Origin: an uncultured Rhodothermaceae bacterium
Lineage (GTDB): Bacteria > Bacteroidota > Rhodothermia > Rhodothermales > CAZLRO01
Assembly (NCBI GenBank): GCA_964561865.1
Contig: CAZLRO010000003.1
Location: forward strand, 1-33,735
Direction of reading: 5' to 3'
Length of the DNA stretch: 33,735 bases
The stretch's first letter is position 1. Each line of letters starts with the position of its first letter. Positions 7,824 through 16,387 of the stretch are shown here, piece after piece. A model generated the notes under the pieces. The model saw only the letters and a program-made list of their open reading frames with translations. It made no database searches and had not been told where the DNA came from. Position numbers and translations under genes: made by a program.

Positions 7824-8594
7824 GTGGAAATTCTGGGCATCGACATTGGCGGCTCCGGCATCAAGGGGGCGCCGGTAGACCTGACCACCGGACAGTTGCT
7901 GGCGGAGCGGTTTCGCCTGCCCACCCCGCAGCCGTCCACCCCGGAAGCGGTGGTGGAGGCAGTGGCAGAGGTGCTGGCGTACTTCCGATGGGAAGCGCCG
8001 TTCGGCTGTACGATCCCGGCCCGCATCCGGCATGGGGTCGTGCGCACCGCCGCCAACATCGACAAGTCGTGGATGGGCGTCCACATCTCCCAGTTGCTCG
8101 AAAAACGCACGGGGCAGCCCAATGTGGTGCTCAACGATGCCGACGCTGCGGGGCTGGCCGACATGGCCTACGGGGCCGGGCGCGGGCACACCGGCGTGGT
8201 GATGATGCTGACGGTGGGCACGGGCATCGGCTCGGCGCTCTTCGTCAACGGCGAGCTGGTGCCCAACACTGAACTCGGCCACCTGGAGATGAACGGCAAG
8301 GACGCCGAGATGCAGGTGAGCGACCGCGCCCGCAAGGAACGGGAACTTTCGTGGGACCAGTGGGCCAAACGCTTCCAGCAGTACCTGGACTGGATTGAGT
8401 TCCTCTTCTCCCCCGACCTGATCATCCTCGGCGGCAGCGTCAGCCGTCCCAAGAAAAAAGACCTGTACCTCCCCCTGCTCAAGACCGAGGCCCAACTGGT
8501 GACGGCCCATCTGGAGAACGAGGCGGGGATTGTCGGCGCGGCCTGGAGTGCCCGCCACCTGCTATTCCACGAAGACCACAACTTCCGGGTGTGA
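7824..8594 (+). CDS. ppgK: polyphosphate glucokinase / ROK family glucokinase
   Basis: GTG start at 7824. The sequence reads [23 protein letters not shown]...[11 protein letters not shown]-like ([16 protein letters not shown])...[27 protein letters not shown]. This is the PpgK-type ROK signature, lacking the zinc Cys motif of classical ROK repressors. Confidence 0.85.
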   Translation: MEILGIDIGGSGIKGAPVDLTTGQLLAERFRLPTPQPSTPEAVVEAVAEVLAYFRWEAPFGCTIPARIRHGVVRTAANIDKSWMGVHISQLLEKRTGQPNVVLNDADAAGLADMAYGAGRGHTGVVMMLTVGTGIGSALFVNGELVPNTELGHLEMNGKDAEMQVSDRARKERELSWDQWAKRFQQYLDWIEFLFSPDLIILGGSVSRPKKKDLYLPLLKTEAQLVTAHLENEAGIVGAAWSARHLLFHEDHNFRV

Positions 8595-8742
8595 TAGCCG
8601 ACCAGGCCCATCAAGAAGATCAGCGGTTTCAGCAACGTTTCCGGGGCATGACCTGCCGTTGCACCTGTTGCGGATCGTCTGAGACGGGTGTGCGTTGGAT
8701 GGGTGATCGCCCTCTTCATCACCCTCATCACAGGGCACAGGC

Positions 8743-8967
8743 ATGAAACGTAGCCAGGTCTATCACGCAGACCCGGAAATTATGAGCGGCACCCCGGTGT
8801 TCACGGGTACGCGCGTCCCCGTACATACGCTCATCGACCACCTTGCCTCCGGCGTTTCGCTGGACGAATTCCTCGCCGATTTCCCTACGGTGAGCCGGGA
8901 ACAGGCGGTGGCTTTCCTCGCGCTCTCGGAAGTGGCCCTGCTTGGGGCGGAGGCTGCCGGTGCCTGA
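8743..8967 (+). CDS. DUF433 domain protein (antitoxin-like, HTH)
   Basis: 74 aa: VYHADPEIMSGTPVFTGTRVPVHTLIDHLASGVSLDEFLADFPTVSREQAVAFL. This is the canonical DUF433 pattern (GG.PvirGTRipv..il..l..G.s.eeil.dyP.l...di.aal). Confidence 0.8.
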   Translation: MKRSQVYHADPEIMSGTPVFTGTRVPVHTLIDHLASGVSLDEFLADFPTVSREQAVAFLALSEVALLGAEAAGA

Positions 8968-9393
8968 ACCGATCCGCGTTTTGCTCGACGAGGGGGTGCC
9001 AGAACAGCTACGGGGAGCGTGTTCCAAAGCGTTCAGGGTTGAGACGGTGCGGTATCGCGGGTGGACGGGAATGCGGAACGGCGACCTACTACGAGCGGCA
9101 GCAGCTTCGTTCGACGCACTCGTGACAGTAGACAAGCGGCTGCGATACCAACAGAACGTGCGGGGCTTGTACTGGCAGTCGTTGTGCTCGATGCGACCGG
9201 AACCAAGTATGCAGATCTTTTACCACTCGTACCTGCAACGGAGGCCGCCTTGCGTCTCGTGAAGCCAGGTGAGGTGGTAGTGGTTGCACGCTACCCAGGC
9301 ACGGAAGCCAGGGCGTCGAGGTCAGCGTGTGCGACTTGCACCGCCGGTGCCTCCGTGCTAGATTGGCGTGTGGCCGCTATATTTGCGGTGTAG
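8960..9393 (+). pseudogene. DUF5615 (PIN-like/Mut7-C-like) toxin-type gene interrupted by a 1-nt frameshift
   Basis: GTG 8960 overlaps the DUF433 stop (GTGCCTGA). This frame reads PEPIRVLLDEGVPEQLRG...GDLLRAAAASFDALVTVDKRLRYQQNVRG, then turns to nonsense and stops at 9262. From the same point, the frame of ORF 9061..9393 reads LVLAVVVLDATGTKYADLLPLVPATEAALRLVKPGEVVVVA, the expected C-terminal half of the family. The junction is the GGGG run at 9162..9165. One extra G would restore ...YQQNVRGLVLAVVVL... Confidence 0.6.
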
Positions 9394-9442
9394 CCTGGCC
9401 GATCTTCATCTCCTCAGCGAAGGAACCTTCACCGGAAGTCCC

Positions 9443-10276
9443 ATGCGCCTGCCCATCGCCGTCCTGATCGCCCTGCTGGCCGGGTGCAGCCGTGACGCCG
9501 CCGAGCCGATGGCCTCCGGGGCGGCATCGGTGGACCTGATGGCCGAAGGCGGGCCGATGGTGGAAGCGGCAGCCCTGGCTTCGCCGCAGGACGCCCCGGC
9601 ACCGGGGGCTACCGACACAACCGGCCTCAAGATCATCCGCACCGCCACGCTGCGCCTGCGCGTGGACGACTACGCCGAGACCCGCCTCGCCCTCGACACC
9701 CTCGTCGCCCGGCATAACGGGTACATCGCCTCGGAAAGCGAGACGAACTACGACGCCCGCATCGAGAACACGATGACGATCCGCGTCGCTGCCCACCGGT
9801 TCCAGGCGCTGCTCGAAACCCTGCTGGCCCTGGCCGAAGGAGTGGAACAGAAAGAAGTGCAAGCGGAGGACGTGACAGCCCAGTTCGTGGACATCCAGGC
9901 GCGGCTCCATGCCAAGCAGGTGGCCGAAGCCCGCTACCTCGACATCCTCCGCCAGGCCCGCAACGTCGAAGAAATCCTGAGCGTCGAGAACCAGCTCCGG
10001 GCGATCCGCGAGGAGGTCGAAAGCACTGAGGGGCAGCTCCGCTACCTGCGCGACCGCATCGCCTACAGCACCCTGACGCTCACGTTCTACGAAGGCACCA
10101 GCGGCCTCGAACGCCCCGGCTTCTTCCGTGAACTGGGCCGTGCCCTGGAAGACGGCTGGCAAGGGCTGCTCGCCCTCCTCGTCGCCGCCGTGACCGTCTG
10201 GCCCCTCTGGCTGATCCTTGCCGCCCTCGTCTGGCTGGGCCGCCGCTGGTGGCGTCGCCGCAACCAACCGTCCTGA
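9443..10276 (+). CDS. DUF4349 domain lipoprotein with C-terminal membrane anchor
   Basis: ATG 9443 gives MRLPIAVLIALLAGCS, with the lipobox LLAGC. The sequence continues ...IIRTATLRLRVDDYAETRLALDTLVARHNGYIASE..., then a coiled-coil region (VTAQFVDIQARLHAKQVAEARYLDIL...LSVENQLRAIREEVESTEGQLRYLRDRIAYSTLTLTF). It ends in a hydrophobic tail plus RRWWRRR. This is the typical DUF4349 architecture. Confidence 0.75.
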   Translation: MRLPIAVLIALLAGCSRDAAEPMASGAASVDLMAEGGPMVEAAALASPQDAPAPGATDTTGLKIIRTATLRLRVDDYAETRLALDTLVARHNGYIASESETNYDARIENTMTIRVAAHRFQALLETLLALAEGVEQKEVQAEDVTAQFVDIQARLHAKQVAEARYLDILRQARNVEEILSVENQLRAIREEVESTEGQLRYLRDRIAYSTLTLTFYEGTSGLERPGFFRELGRALEDGWQGLLALLVAAVTVWPLWLILAALVWLGRRWWRRRNQPS

Positions 10277-10278
10277 CG

Positions 10279-11367
10279 ATGGCGCTCCGCGTCTGCTACC
10301 AGTTCGACGTGCCCGCGGCAGACCTCGACGCGCTCGTGGCGTCGGTGTTGCTCGAACAGAGCGTGGAGGTGCCGCACACGGTGGCCTTGCGCCATCCGTT
10401 CGTGCGTACCCACCTGATGGGAACCCTCGAACGCATCGAACCCGATCCGGAGGGCGGCTTCCGGGTGTGGCTCGCCCTCCCCACCGCAACGGCCCTGGCC
10501 GACCCGGCCCAGTTCCTGAACGTCCTCTTCGGCAACGTCTCGCTGTACCCGTCCATCCGCCTGCTGGACTTCGAGCTGCCTCCAGCGCTGTGGACGGCGT
10601 TCCCTGGCCCCCGGTTCGGGCTGGAGGGGCTGCGTGCCCTGACCGGGGTGCCTCGTCGTGCCCTGACCTGCGCTGCCCTCAAGCCAGTGGGCCTGACGGT
10701 GGACGAACTGGCTGGCCTTTGCCGGGACTTCGCCGAAGGCGGCATCGACCTGATCAAGGATGACCACTACCTGGCCGACCACCCGTTCGCCCCGTTCGAG
10801 GCCCGCGTCCGGGCCTGCCTCGACGCGGTCTCTGAAGCCAACGCCCGCACCGGCAGACACGCCGTCTACATCCCCAACCTCTCCGGCGCACCCGACCAGG
10901 TGAAACGTCAGGCCGCGTTCGCCCGGCAGTTCGGCGTCCGCATGGCGATGGTGGCGCCGATGCTGGTCGGCCTGCCCAGCCTGTACGAACTCACCCACCA
11001 CTTCGACCTCCCGGTGATGGCCCATCCCAGCTTCGCCGGCACCGTCCAGCTCACCCCCCCGGCCCTCTTCGGCAAGCTGTTTCGCCTCTTCGGGGCCGAC
11101 GCGGTGATCTTCGCCAGTTACGGCGGACGCTTCGGCAGCACACGGGCCGAAAGCGTGCAGGTCGCCACCTGGCTGCGGCAGACCTGGGGGCCGCTACGCC
11201 CGGCACTGCCGGTGCTGGGGGGCGGGATGCGGGTGGCGCGCGTGCCCGAACTGATGGCGGCTTTCGGCCCGGACGTAGTACTGCTCGTGGGCGGCAACCT
11301 GCTCGAAGCCGGAGCGGCCCTCGTCGAACACACCCGCGCCTTCACCGAGGCGGTGGCGACAGCCTGA
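10279..11367 (+). CDS. RuBisCO large-subunit-like protein (form IV RLP), short (362 aa)
   Basis: ATG 10279 lies 2 nt after the DUF4349 stop (TGA 10274..10276). RuBisCO-family blocks present: LFGNVSLY (GNV, Asn123 equivalent), TCAALKPVGL (KPK block, second Lys replaced by Val), GGIDLIKDDHYLADHPF (KDDE block with Glu replaced by His), VMAHPSFAG, and PVLGGGMRVARVPELMAAFGPDVVLLVGGNLL (the two Gly-rich phosphate-binding loops). The track start at 10249 was trimmed. Confidence 0.85.
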   Translation: MALRVCYQFDVPAADLDALVASVLLEQSVEVPHTVALRHPFVRTHLMGTLERIEPDPEGGFRVWLALPTATALADPAQFLNVLFGNVSLYPSIRLLDFELPPALWTAFPGPRFGLEGLRALTGVPRRALTCAALKPVGLTVDELAGLCRDFAEGGIDLIKDDHYLADHPFAPFEARVRACLDAVSEANARTGRHAVYIPNLSGAPDQVKRQAAFARQFGVRMAMVAPMLVGLPSLYELTHHFDLPVMAHPSFAGTVQLTPPALFGKLFRLFGADAVIFASYGGRFGSTRAESVQVATWLRQTWGPLRPALPVLGGGMRVARVPELMAAFGPDVVLLVGGNLLEAGAALVEHTRAFTEAVATA

Positions 11368-11369
11368 AC

Positions 11370-12857
11370 TCAGGGGAACCGCCGCTTCAGGAGATCGATC
11401 ACGGCCAGGCGGATGTCCCGGTGCCGGGCCACAAGGGCCAGGTCGGGCTGCTCGCCCAGCTTCAGGTAGCCGAGGCCGCGTTCCTGCCCGCTTGTGAGGA
11501 ATTCGGGGAGGGCCACCGTATAGCGACGCTCCGGGTCCACCGACGCCCCCTGGATGCGCCACCCGGCGCTGTCGCGGACAACGTTCGCCGTGTGCAGATA
11601 GCCGCCCGTGCCTCGGTTGGCGAGGCCCTGTTCGAGCACCCGCACCAGCAGCCGCCCCGACATCGACACCGTCAGTACCGGCCCGCCAAAGGGCAACAGG
11701 CGAATGACATCGTATTGCGTGATCGCGCCCGGCATCAGCACATCGTCGATACGGATGGAGCCGCCGTTGAAGAGCGCGAGGTCAGCCCCTGCCCCTTCGG
11801 CCAGCACGGCCTGGGCCATGAGGTCGGTGAGGGCGTTCGACCGGTTGCGGACGACCGACTCGCGCCCGTCGAAGGCGGTGCTGCTCGTCGCCACGACGGC
11901 GTTCGGGTCGAACCCCTGTGTCCGGAAACCGGCATAGGCCAGGGCCACCCAGCGTTCCACTTCGGCCTTCACTACCGGGTCTTCCGGGACGGCGTCGGTC
12001 ACAGGCACGAACCGGGAATCCACCGTCAGGTGTGCCGTGGCAGGGTTGAAGTGCAGCGTGTGGACGTATACCGAGCGCACGTTGGCATCCGCCTTGGCGA
12101 TGGGGGTGAAGTCCCCACCCCGCAGCACGTGGATATTCTCGTGCTCATGCCCCCCCAGCAGCAGGTCCAGCTCCGGGACAGCCTCGGCCAGGGCGATGTC
12201 CTGCTCAATGCCCAGGTGCGTCAGGGCAACCCAGACGTCGGCACTGTCGCGCAGGGCGTGCAGGTGTGCGCGCAGGGAAGCTACCGGGTCAGCATAGCGC
12301 ACATAGGGCTTGCGGTTGCTGTCCAGCGTCACCGCCAGCAGCCCGACGCGGACGGTACGGGTGCCCGTGCGGAACGGCAGGATGCGATACCGCCGGGTGC
12401 CGGGAAACGGGTTCCCCAGCGTGTCCGAGACGTTCGTGGACACCCAGGAGAAACGTGATTCTGCCAGTCGCTGGTGGAAAGCCTGTTCCGAGAGGTCGAA
12501 CTCGTGGTTGCCGAAGGTGGCTACATCCAGCCCCAGCGTGTTCAGCACGGCCACCATCTGCCGGCCATCGAGCCGTTGTCCCTCCACCCGCGCTGTTCCC
12601 AGGGCAGACGGGCTGAAAAAGTCACCTGCCAGCACCGTCAGCACGTTCGGGTTCTCGGCCAGCAACTGCCGCCGCAGCGCCGCCACCCGGGCCAGCCCCC
12701 CTTCCCGCCCCCCACCCACCGGGGTGATCTCGTAGACATCGTTGAAATGCAGGACTGTGACGGTCACGACCGGCTCCTCGACGGACGCCGATCCCGGAAC
12801 GTAAGGAGTGCGGCAACCAAAGCCGAGCAGCACCAAGACGAGCAGGGCGTATCGCAT
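11370..12857 (-). CDS. bifunctional metallophosphatase/5'-nucleotidase lipoprotein (UshA-like)
   Basis: ATG 12857 gives MRYALLVLVLLGFGC, with a lipobox. GTG 12866 is the upstream alternative start. Metallophosphatase motifs are VLHFNDVYE, LAGDFFSPS, GNHEFD and LLLGGHEHEN. The C-terminal part is a 5'-nucleotidase substrate-binding domain (FNGGSIRID). Its stop lies 2 nt from the RLP stop, and the genes are convergent. Confidence 0.85.
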   Translation of the reverse strand: MRYALLVLVLLGFGCRTPYVPGSASVEEPVVTVTVLHFNDVYEITPVGGGREGGLARVAALRRQLLAENPNVLTVLAGDFFSPSALGTARVEGQRLDGRQMVAVLNTLGLDVATFGNHEFDLSEQAFHQRLAESRFSWVSTNVSDTLGNPFPGTRRYRILPFRTGTRTVRVGLLAVTLDSNRKPYVRYADPVASLRAHLHALRDSADVWVALTHLGIEQDIALAEAVPELDLLLGGHEHENIHVLRGGDFTPIAKADANVRSVYVHTLHFNPATAHLTVDSRFVPVTDAVPEDPVVKAEVERWVALAYAGFRTQGFDPNAVVATSSTAFDGRESVVRNRSNALTDLMAQAVLAEGAGADLALFNGGSIRIDDVLMPGAITQYDVIRLLPFGGPVLTVSMSGRLLVRVLEQGLANRGTGGYLHTANVVRDSAGWRIQGASVDPERRYTVALPEFLTSGQERGLGYLKLGEQPDLALVARHRDIRLAVIDLLKRRFP

Positions 12858-12937
12858 AAACCTCACGAGATGGTTTGCCGGAAGATACGGCTTCGTATTT
12901 TGCCTTTTTCATCCGTAACCCAGCGGCCATCCTGTCG

Positions 12938-13786
12938 ATGCCCTATACCACCCTGATCTCTTCCGAAGCGCTACTCCCCCACCTGGACGAACAGGGGTGG
13001 GCCATCGTGGACTGCCGCTTCTCCCTGCAAGACCCCGAACGCGGGCGTCATGCCTACCGGCAAGCCCACCTCCCTGGCGCCGTCTATGCCCACCTCGACG
13101 AAGACCTGTGCGGGCCGATCGTTCCAGGGATCACGGGGCGGCATCCCCTGCCCTCCGTCGCGCAGTTCGCCCGCACCCTCTCCCGCTGGGGCATCACCAC
13201 CGGCGTCCAGGTGGTAGCCTACGACGATGCCGGAGGGACGATGGCGGCCCGGCTGTGGTGGATGCTGCAGTGGATGGGGCATGAGGCGGTCGCGGTGCTT
13301 GACGGCGGCTGGCCCCACTGGAAACAGGATGGACACCCCACCCGTAGCGACGCCGAAACCCGGATGCCCGCCGTGTTCGTGCCCCATCCGCGCCCGGAAC
13401 TGATCGTCACCGCCGACGAGGTGGAGACCCTGCGCCAGCACCCCGAACACCGGCTGCTCGATGCCCGCGGGGTGGAGCGCTACCGGGGCGTACACGAACC
13501 CATCGACCCGGTGGCCGGGCATATCCCCGGTGCCCTCTCGGCCCCCTACCTCGACAACCTCGACGCCGACGGGCGCTTTCAGTCCCCGGAAGCCCTGCGC
13601 ACGCATTATGCCCCCCTAATCGAAGACATCCCCACAGACCACCTTGCCTGCTACTGCGGGTCGGGCGTGACGGCGGCCCACACGGTGCTGGCCTTCGCCC
13701 ATGCAGGACTGGGCCTGCCCCGCCTCTACGTCGGCTCGTGGAGCGAATGGATCACCGACCCGGAACGGCCCATCGCCCAGGGATAA
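12938..13786 (+). CDS. sseA: sulfurtransferase, tandem rhodanese domains (3-mercaptopyruvate sulfurtransferase type)
   Basis: From ATG 12938 the protein has two rhodanese domains. The active-site loop CYCGSGVTAAH matches the CG(S/T)GVTA loop of mercaptopyruvate sulfurtransferases rather than the CRKGVTA loop of thiosulfate rhodaneses. Also present are ERYRG...EPIDPVAGHIPGA and YVGSWSEW. Confidence 0.85.
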   Translation: MPYTTLISSEALLPHLDEQGWAIVDCRFSLQDPERGRHAYRQAHLPGAVYAHLDEDLCGPIVPGITGRHPLPSVAQFARTLSRWGITTGVQVVAYDDAGGTMAARLWWMLQWMGHEAVAVLDGGWPHWKQDGHPTRSDAETRMPAVFVPHPRPELIVTADEVETLRQHPEHRLLDARGVERYRGVHEPIDPVAGHIPGALSAPYLDNLDADGRFQSPEALRTHYAPLIEDIPTDHLACYCGSGVTAAHTVLAFAHAGLGLPRLYVGSWSEWITDPERPIAQG

Positions 13787-13809
13787 CCGTTCCCGCATCC
13801 TGTCCAAAT

Positions 13810-13828
13810 TATCGTCAATTTGACTATA
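13810..13828. repeat. single TATCGTCA-ATT-TGACTATA palindrome, same family as 1632..1668 and 7665..7703
   Basis: This copy is identical over 19 nt to 7685..7703. It is followed by AT, giving TGACTATAAT as at 1661..1670 and 7676..7685. It lies in the convergent gap between the sseA stop (13786) and the stop of the DUF5686 gene (13860). Confidence 0.85.
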
Positions 13829-13859
13829 ATTCAAAGACCAATTTCGACGAACGCGTGGC

Positions 13860-16244
13860 TCAGAACAGCCGGGCCACCCAGATGCCCACGCGGGTGCCGG
13901 GGGCATCGAGGCGTCGGGCTACATCCAGGCGGAAGTACCCGAAGAGTCCGTTGAGAGAGACGCCCACCTCGTGGTGAACCTGGTCGGGCACGCGGGGGAT
14001 GTAGGACAGCATGGCCTTCCGTGCCGCGGTCATCCAGGTACGCCCGTGCCCGCCGAAGACGATCAGTCCCAGGTTTCTGCGCACCGCCCACCGCCAGCCC
14101 AGTGCCTCGAAGGGCACCGTGCGGAAGTTGTGTTCCCAGAACAGCGCCGCATGGCGGGTGCCTTCGTAGGGCAGGTCCTGCAAGGTCCGCAGCGTGCCAT
14201 ACGGCGTCAGCCAGGTGGCCGCCTCGACGATCCCCATACGCTGCGGCGGCAACGTGCCCCTGGACGTACCCGCGACCACCCGTACGTCCAGCACATTGGG
14301 CAACAGCCGCCGGTGGAGGAACGTCTCGATGCGGGTATCGAGCAGCAGGGTGAGGCGGGAGAAGGAGAAGTCGCCCCAGCCGTCGGGACGGTGTTCCGCG
14401 TCCAGCACCAGCCGCCGCTGCCCCACCAGTCCGAGCGTCTGTTCATCGTTGACCGCGAGGTGTAGCCCCACGGAGCGCAAGGTACCAGCCTCAATCGGCG
14501 GGTTGGGCCGTTGCCGTTCGTCCGAGCCGTTGAAGTCGAAGTCGCTTGTCTTGGCAACGGAGGTGTGCCGCTCGTGGTGATAGGCCAGGTGGAGCCGGGT
14601 GTCGGACCAGCGCGGCAGGTCGTAGCCCAGGCCGAGGTGCCACCGTTCGTTGGCGTAGTAGTCGAAATAGTCCACGCCGCCGAAGAGGGGACGGAAGCTG
14701 TTCCACACCCGCTCGGTCACCTGGGATGGGTAGCGGGTATCGACGCCCTCGTGGTAGGACACACGGAAGGAGGCGTGCTGCCGGGGGCCGAAGCGCACGG
14801 TGGCCGCGCCGCCGTAGGTGGCCCGTTGCAGCCCGGTCTCGTACCCGCCCAGCCCCTGCACTTCCAGATGCCGTCCCAGCGGGAATCTGGCCCGGAGTGC
14901 CACGTGGAGGGCCTCCACCCGGTTGAACCAGACGTCGGGGGAGAACCGCACGCGGCGCCCCGACACCCTTCCGTCATCACGGCCCTCCACATCCTCGTCC
15001 CCGGCGCGAACCCGGACGCGGGCAAGGCGGGCGAGGGGGCCGGTCGGCTGGTAGGCCCGTTGCAGCGTCATCGTGCTGTCGATGGTCGCGTAGGCCAGGC
15101 GCTCCGGTGCCGTCAGCGGCACAACCACGCCTGCACGGTCGAGCAGGGTGTCGGCCTTCACGGCGGCGGAATCGACTTGCAGGTAGCGCCGGGAAGCGTA
15201 GAGCGAATCCGGAAGCGGCTGGTTGACCACGTAATTGGTCAGGCGCGACACCTGGTTGACGTGGATCGTCGGGAAGGCCAGCAGTCCGGGCAGGGTCACC
15301 TCGATCTCCCCTTCCGATCGCAGGTCGAGGGGCAGCCAGAAGTCCTGTCCGAAGCTGGAGAACTGCTGGTGGTAGGTGACGGCATAGCGCTCGATGGGAG
15401 GAGGAAACAGGAACCCCTCGCCCGGGCGCAAGGCCACCTCCAACAGGACGTACACCTCACCCAGCACCGAGACCCGCCCCACAAACCCGCTGGCAAACCG
15501 ACTTTTCGGCTGCACCGCGAGGTCGTAGACGACCTGTCCGTCGAGGGCACGGCGTCCTTCCAGAGAGAAGTCGTAGTGGGCCAGTGCGTCGGGATGCGTC
15601 ACCCCCATGAGGGTATGCCCTCCTACCTCGATGTCATCGTCGTAGAGGTTTACCACAAACTCGGCAGCGGGCAGGACGCTTCCGAGGTCGAGGTTGGACG
15701 TCTGCCGCTGCGACCGCACGACCTCCTTGCGCCCCCGTTCGTGATCCCAGTACGTGCGCGTGAGGCTCTCCATGATGGAGACCAGCCCGGTATCGTTCGC
15801 CAGAGTAAATCGGTTATAGGCGTCGGCCTCCCAGGTGTGCAGGGCTGCCCGCCACGCCTGTTTGCGGGCGATCACTTCCCGCATGATCCGTTCTGCCGGG
15901 TTCTCGCCCGTGACTACCACCTCCGCCAGATCGAGTGTGATCGGCTGGAGCCGGACGTCCTGCTGTGCTGGGCTGGTTGCCTCTATCCGTACCCGTTGGG
16001 TCTGATAGCCGATGAACCGGAAGGTCATTACGGCGGGCAGCGGGGCGACGGAGAGGCTGTACGCCCCCTCGGCGTTGGTGATCGTCCCCAGATAGGTGCC
16101 CTCGACCTGCACAGTGGCAGCGGGCAGCGGCTCGCCCGTGAAGGCATCCGTCACCGTACCGTGAACCAGCTTCTGGGCTATGGCGGGGGCGACCAGTGTC
16201 CACAACAACACCGTCCAGGTCGTCAGCCGAAGGGATGAAGTCAT
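13860..16244 (-). CDS. CarboxypepD_reg plus DUF5686 domain outer-membrane-type protein
   Basis: ATG 16244 gives MTSSLRLTTWTVLLWTLVAPAIAQ, a signal peptide. Next is VHGTVTDAFTGEPLPAATVQVEGTYLGTITNAEGAYSLSV...MTFRFIGYQT (CarboxypepD_reg). About 680 aa follow, rich in beta-strand alternation and ending in an aromatic residue (...IWVARLF), as in beta-barrel proteins. The overall pattern matches what I recall of DUF5686 proteins of Bacteroidota. The TTG at 16262 in the track was trimmed. Confidence 0.65.
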   Translation of the reverse strand: MTSSLRLTTWTVLLWTLVAPAIAQKLVHGTVTDAFTGEPLPAATVQVEGTYLGTITNAEGAYSLSVAPLPAVMTFRFIGYQTQRVRIEATSPAQQDVRLQPITLDLAEVVVTGENPAERIMREVIARKQAWRAALHTWEADAYNRFTLANDTGLVSIMESLTRTYWDHERGRKEVVRSQRQTSNLDLGSVLPAAEFVVNLYDDDIEVGGHTLMGVTHPDALAHYDFSLEGRRALDGQVVYDLAVQPKSRFASGFVGRVSVLGEVYVLLEVALRPGEGFLFPPPIERYAVTYHQQFSSFGQDFWLPLDLRSEGEIEVTLPGLLAFPTIHVNQVSRLTNYVVNQPLPDSLYASRRYLQVDSAAVKADTLLDRAGVVVPLTAPERLAYATIDSTMTLQRAYQPTGPLARLARVRVRAGDEDVEGRDDGRVSGRRVRFSPDVWFNRVEALHVALRARFPLGRHLEVQGLGGYETGLQRATYGGAATVRFGPRQHASFRVSYHEGVDTRYPSQVTERVWNSFRPLFGGVDYFDYYANERWHLGLGYDLPRWSDTRLHLAYHHERHTSVAKTSDFDFNGSDERQRPNPPIEAGTLRSVGLHLAVNDEQTLGLVGQRRLVLDAEHRPDGWGDFSFSRLTLLLDTRIETFLHRRLLPNVLDVRVVAGTSRGTLPPQRMGIVEAATWLTPYGTLRTLQDLPYEGTRHAALFWEHNFRTVPFEALGWRWAVRRNLGLIVFGGHGRTWMTAARKAMLSYIPRVPDQVHHEVGVSLNGLFGYFRLDVARRLDAPGTRVGIWVARLF

Positions 16245-16326
16245 GCTCAACCGGCAGGGCAAAGGGGTAACAGCACGCGGCTATGATACAAACGGCGTGG
16301 ATGCCCTAATGAAGATGGGCGGGCAT

Positions 16327-16361
16327 AAAAAAGGCAGGGGCCTCAGTGCGAGACCCCTGCC
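16327..16361 (-). terminator. Rho-independent terminator of the T9SS cargo gene
   Basis: The minus strand reads GGCAGGGG-tctcgcactgagg-CCCCTGCC followed by TTTTTT (plus-strand A-run 16327..16332). It starts 27 nt after the stop at 16388. Confidence 0.65.
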
Positions 16362-16387
16362 CTGGCAATCCGGGCACGCCGGAGCAG

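Noticed and set aside
14511-16238. Long antisense ORFs opposite real genes: 14511..16238 (+), 16346..17605 (+), 18660..19847 (+), 9377..10489 (-), 10087..11025 (-), 28160..29587 (+), 32216..33208 (+), 5959..6717 (+), 6901..7698 (+)
   Set aside because: Each lies opposite an ORF with strong family motifs (DUF5686 protein, T9SS cargo, recA, DUF4349/RLP, GT4, heparinase-like protein, pgm). Each has the R/G/P/H/V-rich composition expected from antisense reading of GC3-rich codons.
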